Under the pieces are notes generated by a model, which worked only from the letters and a program-made list of their open reading frames with translations, had not been told where the DNA came from and searched no databases. A stretch of DNA of 23,369 bases, from the NCBI GenBank assembly GCA_013239625.1, contig MU053365.1, forward strand, positions 2,390,115 to 2,413,483. Reading direction: 5' to 3'. Positions 9,340-20,645 of this stretch are shown here, piece by piece (the first letter of the stretch is position 1; each line of letters opens with the position of its first letter). The position numbers were made by a program, and so were the translations under genes. Source of the stretch: Lama guanicoe (taxonomy: Eukaryota).

Positions 9340-10810
9340 TAGTTTGCTTCCAACTTTTTCTTGTTTTTTTTCCCTACAAATTATAAATTTATATTTGCTT
9401 ATCAAGTGTAAGATGCAAAAGACATCCAGGAAAAAAGTTGCTGTCTCACTCCTATTCCTGTTCCTGAATTCTACCACTTCTGACTTAAACAAGGTAAACA
9501 CTCAGGAACATTTCCACAACTTCTCCCAATACATGTACATGCATCACTCTTCCTCTGTATCTAGTTATGTTTCTGTATCTATTGTCCATTTTTTCCTACA
9601 TAAATAGGATTATGTTACATTATTCTGCAATAATGTTGTCTTGCTAATAATATATCATTGACAAGAGTTTTAATCAGCAACTTTTGATGCAATTATATTT
9701 TAAAGCTCAACTTTTGAACTCACTTGAGTGAATTTTGGTGTATGGGATAAAATACGGATTTATAGATTCATAATATATAATAAAAATCCAATTTACCCAA
9801 CCTTACTGGAATTATTAAATCTCGTGAGCTGTCATTTAACCCCTGTAATGGTAGGACGTTGTTACCTTTTGTTGGTTTAATCAACAAATATTTTTAAGTG
9901 TCTACTGTCTACTAGGCCCTGTTTTAGTTATCACAGACACGAAAGTGTAGAAAACAGCCGATGATGCTTTTATTCTAGTACCAAGGGCAGACAATAAGCA
10001 AACCAATGACAACCCAAAAAGTAAGCATTCGGAAGGAAAAAGCAGTGTCAGGGTGTTGAGAGAGATGGGGAGGGGTCACGGAAGGCTCCCGTGGTGAGGT
10101 GGCATTTTAGCAGAGACTTGGAGGTAGTGAGGGAGCAAAGCCCTGTGACTAATCCGGAGGCAGAACCTTGAAGGCACAGGGGAGGGGAGCACGCTCAGGG
10201 AGGGAGCTTGGTAAGTGATAGGGTGAGAAAGACAGTTTAGGGGGCTGGGAAGATCACAGAAAGGCCTCTTCTAAGGCAAGGCTTTTGCTTGGATTTTATC
10301 CTAAGTGATGAGAAGGTGTGAAGTACTGAAGGATTTTGAGCCAAGGACTAGCATGTTCTGACTTATGTTTAAAAAAGATGACTCTGGTAATTATATGGAA
10401 AATAGACTTGAAATTGGTCATTAGTGGAAGCAAATGCCATCTATGCAGAGCACCTTTGAACCTGGGCTCTTCTTTAATTCTATACTTCTTTCTTAACTAC
10501 TGTTAACTTCTTGGTCTCTTAAATTAAGAAAAATACTTTTCTTAGCCGAACAAATTTATGTTGTGTTTACTAAAGGAAACTAAATAATTTTGTATGGTTT
10601 ATACATATGGAAATTTGTTCCTCCTAACAATTTATGATTTATTATTTTTCTCTTGAATATGTTCTCATTTTCCTTATTTTGCTTTATACTTATTGCTGGG
10701 AAAAAAGGAACAATAATTGATTTTTGTATCATCTTTCCATCTTGACTTATTTCCTTAGCTATCAAATAGTTCTCTTGTTTTTCAGACAATTCTAGCAAGA
10801 TAATAACCTC
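9340..10810 (-). mobile_element. Very old L1 remnant with a nested L2
   Basis: L1ME-like antisense 3' UTR at 9340-9810 and ORF2-end phrases at 10600-10805 (attgatttttgtatc..ttctagcaagataat). Confidence 0.55.
9878..10435 (-). mobile_element. L2 3' fragment
   Basis: caacaaatatttttaagtgtctactgtctactaggccctgttttag..gaaggctcccgtggtgaggtggcattttagcagagacttggagg..ttctgacttatgtttaaaaaagatgactctgg. Confidence 0.8.
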
Positions 10811-10819
10811 CCCCTCTGT

Positions 10820-11010
10820 GTAATGAGTTGCAGTACTCAATAAATCCGTATCCCACATCAGCAGAGTTGCTAAACCATCAAGGGTCATGTCTCTTCTTAG
10901 AACTAGCCCCTCAAGTCCTGAGTTTGGCTGAACTGTCAGCTCCTCCTGAGTTGTCCAGCCACCTACTTCATTTGACATGTCGTTATCAGTTACCAGTTTT
11001 TTTCTAAGAC
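10820..11010 (-). pseudogene. EBLP: EBL phosphoprotein (P) fragment, downstream of N in element C
   Basis: Inside ORF 10580..11053: KKLVT (11002-10988, identical) then DNDMSNEVGGWTTQEELTVQPNSGLEGL vs [31 protein letters not shown], and LATLLMWDTDLLSTAT vs TMKLMMEKVDLLYAST after an apparent deletion. Confidence 0.6.
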
Positions 11011-11029
11011 GTGATTTCTTTGTTTTGAT

Positions 11030-11915
11030 TATTGTAACCATTAATAATATCATTTAGGGTCTCATGTGGAAGATTCCACACATTTCTCCTCTCTGCAGAA
11101 CTCTTCATTAATATTTTACATTTACATTATGAGGTAAACATTAGAAAAACTTTACCAAAATTCTTTTAAGAATAGTGCAAAGTGTTAATTATGGACAAGC
11201 AATGATGAGTAAATTTGAGAGAAATGAACAAAATGGGACTTGCTCATAACTAATGCAGTTAAATCCCCAGTTAAATAATCCCTTCAATTTTATGTGTATA
11301 TGTTTTTCAGGAATATTATCTTGTTAACTGCATAGATGTCTGCACATATTTGAATTTTATGTTGTCATTCTGTTTTGTTGAATTCCTATTTCCCTACTTT
11401 TTGCTCAATGATTGTTGCTGATTTTTTGGAGATAGTTCTTATTTTTTAAAATTTGTCCTTTTTTTCCATCCAGCTTTATCTACCAATTGTAACATTTTAC
11501 ATATATCTGGGTGGAGAAAGATAGTCTATATTTTGAGAATTGATTTTAGTAAATACAGCCCATTCTACATCATAATCAATGATTTGCAAAGGTCTGTTCA
11601 ATTCTGAGAAGACCATATTCACATAATAGACTGATAGAGCTTCACTGCCAGTACCTTTAAGGTTTTGTAGTCCTCCAACTGAGGAACCAATAACTAGAGG
11701 CCTTTTGCTTTAAAGAATAGCAATTTAATAATGACAATGAATTGTCATAAATAGAACTGGAAAAGAAATATAGTTCGTCTTTGGACAGTAGGTAAGTTTT
11801 TCTTTTTGATAGGTAGATTGTGAATAGGAAATTACTATGTCATAATTTATTTTAGATATGGAATGTTGCATAGTTATAATTGCTTTGTTTCTCTGTTGAT
11901 TTGCAGGTTCCAGAA
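11030..11915 (-). pseudogene. EBLN: EBL nucleoprotein (element C)
   Basis: LSKDEL..SSIYDNSLSLL vs LTELEISSIFSHCCSLL; one frame with LVIGSS (11697-11680), LKGTGSE..MVFSELNRP (to 11590) and NIDYL (to 11518) vs VVIGSSSKIKAGAE..MMAALNRP..AIDWI; downstream RMTT*, YT..RDYL and SFSNV vs QMTTY, YTTIKEYL and SFPNL. Confidence 0.85.
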
Positions 11916-12120
11916 GTATCTACCCATGTTACCTCATCAATCCTCACAATTAACCTATGTCAATGAGGTAGTGAAAGGTTCAGAGTTGCAAGTTAGATGT
12001 GAGGGTCAAATGAGATAATTTACCTAAAAGCGTCATGGACATTGCATGTCAGCTAAGTCACCAGGTGGGAAATAGAGCCACTCCCTCTCTTCTTTGTAAT
12101 AATATTCATAGTAGTAGTGG
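11915..12120. mobile_element. MIR fragments
   Basis: ctcatcaatcctcacaattaacctatg (antisense) and tgtgagggtcaaatgagataatttacctaaaagcg (sense). Confidence 0.55.
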
Positions 12121-12189
12121 TAGGAGGAGGAGGGGGACTAGAAGATGGATTAGTACTATTACTTTGGTAAAAAATAAGATCATGTTTAA

Positions 12190-12590
12190 TAATCACTTTT
12201 CATTGGGTCAAGGACATAGGGACAGGTAGAGGTGAAAGGAGTTGGTCCTTGTTTGTCTCGTTTTCTGAGGTTAATATGGATGAGTTCCATGAAGCTGACA
12301 CTGCATGCAGCTCTTAACTCAGTGTTTTACAGGCAGCAACAAACCGTTGATTGTCAGCAAGTGCACTACTTCACTTCCAGGTGATACAGAGGGCCTTACC
12401 AGCCAGCCCCCTGGACCACGGACAAACCAGAGATATGAAGCACTAAACATGAGAGGTAGAAGAGTGGGAGTTAATCTAAACTGATAAGAAGTTTTCAAAG
12501 ACTAACACATGTGTGTTGGTAAGTAATTTCTGAAGAGGACATTACTCTGACTAATGCATTTGAGTTGATGAGTGTACAAATGGTTGTGAC
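12190..12590 (-). pseudogene. EBLG: EBL G, N-terminal half with an internal deletion (element D)
   Basis: VMSSSEITYQHTCVSL (12545-12498) vs VISCEVSYLNHTTISL; TLLPLMFS vs TFPPFMYC; SEVVHLLTINGLLL (12375-12334) vs SEVVNKTLNGTIL; VSFMEL vs VSFDEF; LRKRDKQ (12269-12249) vs the furin site LKRRRRDTQ. Confidence 0.8.
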
Positions 12591-12719
12591 AATAATATAA
12601 ACACCTGTATGTCTTTGTCAGCATTTTAGATCACAAATGTGTTCTAAATATATCACTTTTTTCAAACAGGAAACAACCCTGTTACAAAAATGCTTAATAA
12701 TTTTACATAACAAGTGTCT

Positions 12720-15270
12720 ATGAGTATTTAATGAAACAATCCACAAATCTGTATGAAGTTCCCTGCCTAATAAGATCTTGCTCATTCCCTGACCATAGAT
12801 AGATAAAAAGACTATCTAGATTTTCTGTGCTTTCGGAAAACCATGCTGCCTTTAAATACGTGTCTGGAAGGGATAAGATAAAGTTATAGGTATCAATTGT
12901 CTATTTTTAAAATTCAGAGTATCTTTTAATTTTCATCATAAATACTGATTTTTGAGTCTGGACAAGGTACATACTCATTTTTAAGAATAATTTATTTATT
13001 GTATAGTCAGTTTACAATGTTGTCTCAATTTCTGGCATACAGCATAATGTTTGACATACATATGCATACATGTGTTTGTTTTCATATTCTTTCTCATTAT
13101 AGGTTACTCCAAGATACTGAATATAGTTCCCTGTGCTGTACAGAAGAAACTTGTTGTTCATTGATTTTATTTATAGTAGTTAGTATCTGCAAATCTTAAA
13201 CTTCCAATTTATCCCTTCCTACCCTCTTTCCACCCTGGTAACCATGTTTGTTTTCTATGTCTGTGAGTCTGTTTCTGTTTTGTAGATGAGTTCACAGTGT
13301 CCTTTTCTCTTTTCTTTTCTTTTCTTTTTTTTAGATTTCCCGTATGAGTGATATCATATGATACGTTTCCTTCCCACTGGCTTACTTCACTAGAATGACA
13401 GTCTCCAGGTCCATCCATGTTGCTGCAAATGGCATTATTCTTTTTATGGCTGATTGGTATTCCATTATATAAATATACTACAACTTCTTTATCCAGTTCT
13501 CTGTTGATGCACATTTAGGTTGTTTCCATGTCTTGGCTATTGTAAATAGTTCTGCTGTGAACACTGGGATGCATGTATCTTTTTGAATTAGAGTTTCCTC
13601 TGGACATATGCCCAGGAGTGGGATTACTGGGTCATATGATAAGTCTATTTTTAGTTTTTGAGGAATCTCCATACTGTTTTCCATAACGGCTGCACCAAAC
13701 TACATTCCCACCAACAGTGTGGGAGGGTTCCCTTTTCTCCACAGCCTCTCCAGCATTTATTGTTTGTGGACTTTTGAATGATGGCCATTCTGACTGGTGT
13801 GAGGTGATACCTCATTATAGTTTTGATTTGCATTTCTCTGATAATTAGCGGCATTGAGCATTTTTTTCATGTGCCTATTGGCCATTTGTGTGTCTTCATT
13901 GGAGAATTGCTTGTCGAGGTCTTCTGCCCACTTTTGGATTGGGTTGTATTTTGTTGTTGTTGTTGTTATTAAGTTATATGAGCTGTTTGTATATTCTGGA
14001 AATTAAGTCCTTGTCAGTCTAATCATTTACACATATTTTCCCATTCTGTACGTTGTCTTTATGTTTTGCTTGTGGTTTCCTTTGCTGTGCAAAAACTTAA
14101 AAGTTTAATTAGGCCCCATTTGTTTATTTTTGCTTTTATTTCTGTTGCCTGGGTAGACTGTCATAGAAGAACATTGCTAAATTTATGTCAGAAAATGTTT
14201 TGCCTATGTTTTATTGTAAGAGGTTAATAGTGTCTTGTCTTATGTTTAAGTCTTTAAGCCATTTTGAGTTTATTTTTGTGTATGGTATGAGGGGGTGTTC
14301 TAACTTCAGTGATTTACCTGCAGCTATCCAGTTTTCCCAACACCACTTGCTGAAGAGACTGTCTTTACTTCATTGTATATTCTTGCCTCCTTTGTCAAAG
14401 ATTAATTGACCATAAGTCTGCGGGTTTATTTCTGAGCTCTCTGGTTCTGTTCCGTTGATCCATATGTCTGTTTCTGTGCCAATACCACACTGTTTTGATT
14501 ACTGTAGCTTTGAAGTATTGTCTGAAGTCTGGGAAGGGTATGCCTCCAACTTCATTCTTTTTCTTCAGTAGTGCTTTGACAATTCTGGGTCTTTAGTGGT
14601 CCCATATAAATTTTAAGATTATTTGTTCTAGGTCTGTGAAGAATACCCTCATTAATTTGATGGGGATTGCATTAAATCTGTAGATTGCTGTAGGTAGTAT
14701 GGCCATTTTAACAATATTAATTCTTCAAATCCAAAAGCATGGGATATCTTTCCATTTCTTTAAGCAATCTTTAATTTCCTTTTGCCTCACCACCTTACTT
14801 CTTCATAACATTTCAGATGAACTATTTAGATGAGAAAACTTACAGAATTTCTGAAATGAATTTTTAAAAATCATCTTACATAATCCCACTGGTAAATGCT
14901 TTGAATTATAATAACAAAAGGCAAAACAACACCTTCCTTTTTAGGCTGTGCCTTTCTTGGCATCCTCAATTCTTGCTTTGCAAGAGTTCCTTTTATCCTG
15001 AGGCTGAGCTCTAGAATCATGGTTTTGGAGGACTTTGTATCATTCTTAATAGATTTCTCATGGGGTCTACCTGAAGCACTACTACCTAAAGAGCTTTAGG
15101 TATAAGCAAAAGAAATTTTAGAATTTCTGAATGAATTTACTTCTTGACAGTTAAGTATGTAGTCTGCAAATAGGAATTCTATGTCATATATTTAAATGGT
15201 ATTTAATAGATACAGAATTTGTTATTGTAGTACAATGATTACTTTTGCATTTCTGTGGCTTTTCAGGTTC
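12720..15270 (-). pseudogene. EBLN: EBL nucleoprotein (element E), split by the L1 at 12980-14780
   Basis: Right half: LNCQEVNS..LGSS (15089)..IKN..KTMILEL..G.LA vs LTELEISS..IGSS..IKK..KTMMAAL..GETA. Left half resumes collinearly: EYVPCPDSKISI vs EYLAECMDATLTI; LKIDN*YL*LYLIPSRH (12910-12860) vs LKEEHADLFPFLGAIRH, gapless; NLDSLFIYLWSGNE (12822-12781) vs NLASAAFYWSKKE; Y*AGNFIQ vs YRASTIQ. Confidence 0.85.
12980..14780 (-). mobile_element. Relatively young 5'-truncated L1 (ORF2 C-terminus and 3' UTR)
   Basis: Minus ORFs give [42 protein letters not shown] and YDPVIPLLGI..LFTIAKTWKQPKC; T-rich tail near 12980-13000. Confidence 0.97.
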
Positions 15271-15779
15271 CACATTTATATTCTATACATTTCCTCAATC
15301 CCCATGAAAAATCAAGACTTTAAAATTATTAACTGTTTATTTGGTATAGATTTGTTGTGGATGTCAAATGTATGAATACATGATTAAAAGTCTGAAATTA
15401 ATATCTGCCAGGTAATCATTATTTAGCAAATTTTAAGGTTTTTTTAATTATCATTACTACTACTGTTATAATAACGTTATCACTATTACTTTTATTAGTT
15501 GTAAGAAGAGTGTCTTCAGTTATCATTCACAGAGTGTGGTAGGTGGTTTGTTTTTCATACACATATTGGAATATATTCTGATTACTATTCATTTTATATA
15601 CTTTCTGGAACTATATGATAATTAATGCTGGTAGAGATCCTTTGTTTACAGTATAAACACATATGAGGGGAAGTTAATAATTGCAGATGACAAACTTTCT
15701 TGATTTTGTATAAGATTTCAAATTATAAAGCAGTTTTATCACCTTAATGCATTACATTGAAGTCAACATCATTTTTGGC

Positions 15780-16030
15780 TAGAAATAGTAAATGCAGACA
15801 TCTTTGCCTAATTCCTGATCTCAGGAGTCAAGCATTAAATCTTACACAGTTAATTCTTCTGTTATCTGTAGGTTTTCCTAGATACTCCTCAACAGATTGA
15901 GGATATACTCTGCTATACCTAATTTGCTGATACTATTTTTCAGCTATGGATGAAATATTTGGTCAAATATTTGTGCACATCTATTGAGATGATCATTTTT
16001 TCCATTTCAGTCTGTTAATAGGGGATGTCA
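15780..16030 (-). mobile_element. Old L1 ORF2 (RT region) fragment
   Basis: gacatctttgcctaattcctgatctcagg..tgcacatctattgagatgatcat, homologous to 17010-17240. Confidence 0.8.
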
Positions 16031-16074
16031 GCTGACTTTGCCGGTGTTCCTCCTCCCAGCAATGAAGCCAAAGA

Positions 16075-17935
16075 GTGCACTGCTTATGTTTTTTCCCTAG
16101 GAGTTTTATGGTTTCAGATCTTACATTTAAGTCTTTAATCCATTTTGAGTTTATTTTTAGTATATGATGTGAGAAAGCAGTCCAGTTTGATTATTTTGCA
16201 TATCACTATCCTGTTTTTGTAACACTATTTATTGAAGAGGCTATCTTTCCCACATTGTGCATTCTTGCATCCTTTGTTGTAGATTAATTGACCATGTAAA
16301 TGTGGATTTATTTCTGGCTCTGTATTCTGTTCCACAGATCTATGTGTCTGTTTTTGTGCAAATACCATGCTGTTTTGATGACTGTAGCTTTATAGTAAGT
16401 ATGAAATTAGGGAGTGTGATGCATCCAGCTTTGTTCTTCTTTCTCAGGATTGCTTTAGCTATTTGGGATATTTTGTGTTGCTATACAAATTTTAACATTT
16501 TTTGTTCCAGTTCTGTGGAAAATGTCATTGGTAATTTGATAGGGATTTCATTGAATCTGTATAGTGCCTTCAATAGTATGGCCATTTTATCAGTATTAAT
16601 TCTTACAATTTATGAGCCCAATGTATTTTTTTATTGTTTGTGTCATTTTCAGTTTCTTTCATCAATGTGTTTGGATGACAGGTCTTTCACCTTCTTGGTT
16701 AGATTTATTCCTAAGTATTTTATTCTTTTTGATGAAATTGTAAGTAAGGTTGATTTCTGTTTCTGTTTCTGATAGCTTGTTATGAGTGTATAGAAATACA
16801 AGATTTCTATATGTTAATTTTGTATACTGCAGCTTTACTGAATTCTTTACTAGTTCTAATAGGTTTTTGGTGATGTTTTAGAATTAGTATGTTTTCATCT
16901 GTAAACAGTGACTGTTTTACTTCTTCCTTTTCAATTTGGATGTCTTTTTTTTCTTGTCTGATGCTTTGACCAAGACTTCAATACTGTGTTGAATAAAGTG
17001 GCAATAGTGAGCATCCTTGTCTTGTTTCTGATCTTAGAGGAAATTCTTTCAATTTTCATTGTTGAGTATGATGTAGGCTGTGGGTTTGTCATGTATGACC
17101 TTTTTTCTGTTGAGGTATATTCCCTCTATACCCACTTTGTTGAGAGTTTTTGTCATAAATGGATACTGAATTTTGTCAAAAGATTTTCTACATCTATTGA
17201 TATGATACTATGATTTTTATTCTTCAGTTGTTAATATGGTGTATCACATTGATTGATTTGCAGATATTGAACTATCCCTGCATCCCTGGGATAAATTCTA
17301 CTTGATCATGGTGTATCATCCTTTGAATGTATTGTTGAGTTCACTTTGCCAAAATTTTGTTGAGGACTTTTGTATTTATGTTCATCAGTGGTATTATCCT
17401 GTGATTTTTCTTTTTTCCTTTTTTCTTTTTTTTTTTTTGGTTATGTCTTTGGTTTTGGTATGAGGGTGATGCTGGCCTTGTGGGATGAATTTAGAAGTGT
17501 TCCCGCTTCTTAAATTTATTTTGGAGTATTTAAGTAAGACAGATGTAAACTCATGTTTAAATCTTTGGTCTAGAATTAATCTGTGTTGGGAGATGGAATG
17601 TTCCTAGGAATTAATCTTTTTCTTTTAGGTTGTTTAAATTATTGGCATGTAATCATTTGTAGTAATCTCTTAATGATCCTTTGTATTTCTGTGGTGTTGA
17701 TTGTAACTTCTCTTTATTTCTGATTTTATTCATTTGGACCGACTCTTTTTTTCTTGATGAGTTTGGCTAAAAGTTTATTGAATTTGTTTAATCTTTTCAA
17801 GGAACCAGCTCTTAGTTTGATCTTGTTTGTTCTGTTAGTATTGTTCTACTTTTTGTCTCTGTTTTATTTATTTCTGTTCTGATCTTTGTTTCCTTCCATC
17901 TACTAACTTTGCATTTTGTTTGTTCTTCTTCTGTA
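16075..17935 (-). mobile_element. L1 ORF2 fragment (older than 12980-14780)
   Basis: Continuous L1 ORF2 antisense sequence; 16090-16610 is homologous to 14200-14730. Confidence 0.95.
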
Positions 17936-18059
17936 CTGATTATTAATAAAATTAGTAGTTACTCATTTAACTTGTGAAATAAGCAATGATTTATAATGAG
18001 ATATTTAATAATCTCTCACTGTATAAGAACTGGTATCTTCTTGGTTGCATTTTAAATAT

Positions 18060-18400
18060 ACACACATTTAGCATATTATTTGATATGCCTAGAAACATGT
18101 AGACCTTTGCTCAGGTACTAGTCATTGCAGTTTTTGTACTTTTTTGGACATTAATATTGGAATTCATTCTGCTTGTTATTATACTACTTGTATATTCTCT
18201 AGAATATTCCATGGATATCCATGCTTAGGGGGGTGTGTGTGTCTGTGTGTCTGTGTATCCAGATCCATATACCCATGTACAGGCAATGCATAGAGGTTTC
18301 CTGGTTGCAAACAGTAACCTCTCCAGAATTTATACCCAATTTTGAGATTTACACACAAGATTATTTTTATCTCTTGTTATCTTTACCTTGAACTTTTCAT
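18060..18400 (-). mobile_element. Possible very old L1 3' UTR remnant
   Basis: Decayed L1M-like antisense phrases; weak. Confidence 0.35.
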
Positions 18401-18424
18401 TACTATCTTAAAATCATACTGTGT

Positions 18425-18885
18425 CACTGGTTATATTATAGGATGATAATACATTTAATGTGATGCTAATTTCTTTATTAGTCACCATGTCTGAGGATAA
18501 ACTAGGTTGATCCCTGTAGGTTAGAACTGCATGAATGTATTGATCCAAGACATCAGGTAGCAAAACATTGGTTTGCAGTGACTGTATACACTTTGCTTCC
18601 AGTTGATGGAGTTGAGCCTTGGTAGTCACCTGCACACAGTAAAACTGGAGAATGTCAATCTTCTACACATAGACAACATCATCACAATCAGTAAGTGGCA
18701 TGGGAACAATTTTATTCTGAGAAGAGCGTCATCCTACCATGAATTTGAAAGTATCATATCTGGTAGAATGTAAATAGGAAATAAAATATGCTATAAGTAA
18801 TATTTTTTCTTCAGATGTGCCCTATTATGTTGTGATAACCTAATACCTTTGCTTCTCTGTTGCTTTCCAGAATCCAGAGGTAGCT
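18425..18885 (-). pseudogene. EBLL: EBL L N-terminal fragment, about L aa 95-295 (element F)
   Basis: LGYHNIIGHI (18843-18814) vs IAYQRIVGQV; CHLLIV (18700-18683) vs CHLLIA; LNSINWKQSVYSHCKPMFCY (18616-18556) vs [21 protein letters not shown]. Confidence 0.8.
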
Positions 18886-19064
18886 TCACGTGTTTTGCCA
18901 CTTATTCTCATAACAAATCTATGTTGGTAAGTTAACAAAAAATTCAGTGTCATGGGTTTGTCATGAGAGTAAATGAGAAAATCTACATGGAAGCCCCAAG
19001 AAAATTGCCAGTTATGTAAGTAAGGAGGCAATATAGGAGTGCCATGTCATATTTAAATGATACC

Positions 19065-19240
19065 TGTTATGTATGGGACCTTTTTTGATATAGGGATCCC
19101 TAAGATCACACTGAGGCACAATGGTTCACTAAAAGGATTCACAAGACTCAAAAGCTGTTATACTTATGGTTATAGTTTACTGTGAAAGGACACAGATTAA
19201 AATCAGTAAAGGGAAAAGGACATGGAGTGAATTCTAGGGG
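19065..19240. mobile_element. MER21/MER77-like LTR fragment
   Basis: ccctaagatcacactgagg..ttcactaaaaggattcacaagactcaaaagctgttatacttatggttatagtttactgtgaaaggacacagattaaaatcagtaaagggaaaagg closely follows the MER21 consensus as recalled. Confidence 0.75.
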
Positions 19241-19319
19241 ATTCTAAGTTGTTTATTCTATTAGTAATATTAATTGTGATTTGCCCTGTGTACTCTCATA
19301 CATGGGGAAATGACTAAGG

Positions 19320-19540
19320 CATGTGGCTTTATCCTGCAGGTGCTTACAGGAAAACAATCAAAGACATAGACACATGCTGATGATACAAGCTGGAATGCAT
19401 TCAGGGCTATAGTAGACCTCGAAACAAATCCTAGTGGGAGAACAAGAGGTGAATTCTGAGTGTATTCATCTGAGAAAGTTTCTTGGGGGAGGTAAGATTT
19501 CAACTTGGACTTGGTGAATGAAAAGGACCTTGAAAGGAAG
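19320..19540 (-). mobile_element. L2 fragment nested in the L part of element G
   Basis: ggtgcttacag..gagaaagtttcttgggggaggtaagatttcaacttggacttggtgaatga resembles L2 gaaggcttcctggaggaggtgacatttgagctgggccttgaaggatga. Confidence 0.65.
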
Positions 19541-20071
19541 ACACAGCATATGTTCTGCTTCCCTGCAGGTGTGCCTTGCTGTCTAGACTGGGCTAAAAGT
19601 CCCTCTGAATTTGCAGGCCATGGAAACATCCATATAGTAGGGAGCATTGTGCTGGGGACTTAGACGTGGTTGATTCAGAGAGATTGGAAAAGATATTGTC
19701 AGGTTTCTCTGGAGGTTTTCCAGCTTACTTGTCCTTGGGATTTAATGGGACCTGGGAATTTGGGGAGAGACATTTTCAAGAATAAATATTGCATAGGTGG
19801 GCAGCCATTTCATATGTCAGGAGGTTCTTAGAGTCTGACCCTAACAGGCAGGGTGCTAGAGGGTGAGGGACTTCTCAAGAGTTTACATATATGTTTTTGT
19901 GTTGAAAAATACTGAAACTTAGGTTTTTATTTTAAAAAGTTCTTTTTCAACAATGAATCAAATGATGGTAGTGGAATAAAATACTGAAAATATGCTCCCT
20001 CATGGTCATGGATCATGAAAGCTTTGGAATGTCTGAAGATAAATCTGTGAGTAGATTACATTTTGTGTCAA

Positions 20072-20517
20072 ATAACTACAACTTTAACATTCCAACTCTA
20101 TATAAATATAACTTTATACCTAACGACACCTATAACTAATAATACCTAAAAGTATATTTACAACTAACCATAACTACACATAAATGCATTTGGCCAAAAT
20201 TACACGCAGTCACAATTGCAAACAACTATAATTAACAATCACGGATAGTAGTCACAACCACTAACAGTAAATAGTCAACCATTGCCAGGAACTGACTGTT
20301 TAATAGTTGTGGCTACTTAGCACAGCTAGCTAGTAGCCACAGCTAGTAACCAAAGTTGGTTGTCAACTATAAAATCAGTATGAGACTAACCATAAATACA
20401 ACTAGTACCTATAATTGATATTACTAACAAAATTACCACAACTAATGAATTAAACATAGCTAGAAACAACTATCTAACCATAGCTCTACCAATAACTCTG
20501 GCAACTATAGCTATATT
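20072..20517. repeat. Degenerate (TAACYA)-type simple repeat
   Basis: Recurrent actaaccataact, ataactac and agcta units over ~445 bp. Confidence 0.85.
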
Positions 20518-20529
20518 TGAAGCATGAAC

Positions 20530-20645
20530 ACTGTGACAGAAGTTTGTTGTGAGGGTAAATGATAAGATTTATATGGAAGCCTCAAGTCCATTACCTGTTG
20601 TGTATGTGAGCATTTTGAAAATATAAATTCTTACTGCTCTTATTC
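20530..20645 (+). mobile_element. MIR 3' fragment
   Basis: gtttgttgtgagggtaaatgataagatttatatggaagcctc. Confidence 0.6.

Larger units (their letters stand above)
18888..19965 (-). pseudogene. EBLL: L part of the M-G-L element G (about L aa 20-190), interrupted by L2 and MER21-like LTR pieces
   Basis: DSLLKKNFL (19959) vs [14 protein letters not shown]..SKNL vs LPH..LG..ARNL; YLFLKMSLPKFPGPI (19788-19744) vs YLLFRQVVLPPEVYPI; VSWK vs VSAWK; LNQPRLSPQ (19678) vs LTNPRVRAQ; after the insertions LLTYQHRFVMRISGKTR (18938-18888) vs LMTYNHFLAAADTAKSR, gapless. Confidence 0.8.

Noticed and set aside
11671..11697. VIGSSVGGL read as L motif LVGPSIGGL
   Set aside because: In-frame LNRP and IDY downstream and SSI..SLL upstream fit nucleoprotein much better.
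14185..17213. Plus-strand ORFs 14185..14409, 16257..16772 and 16986..17213
   Set aside because: Antisense readings of L1 ORF2.
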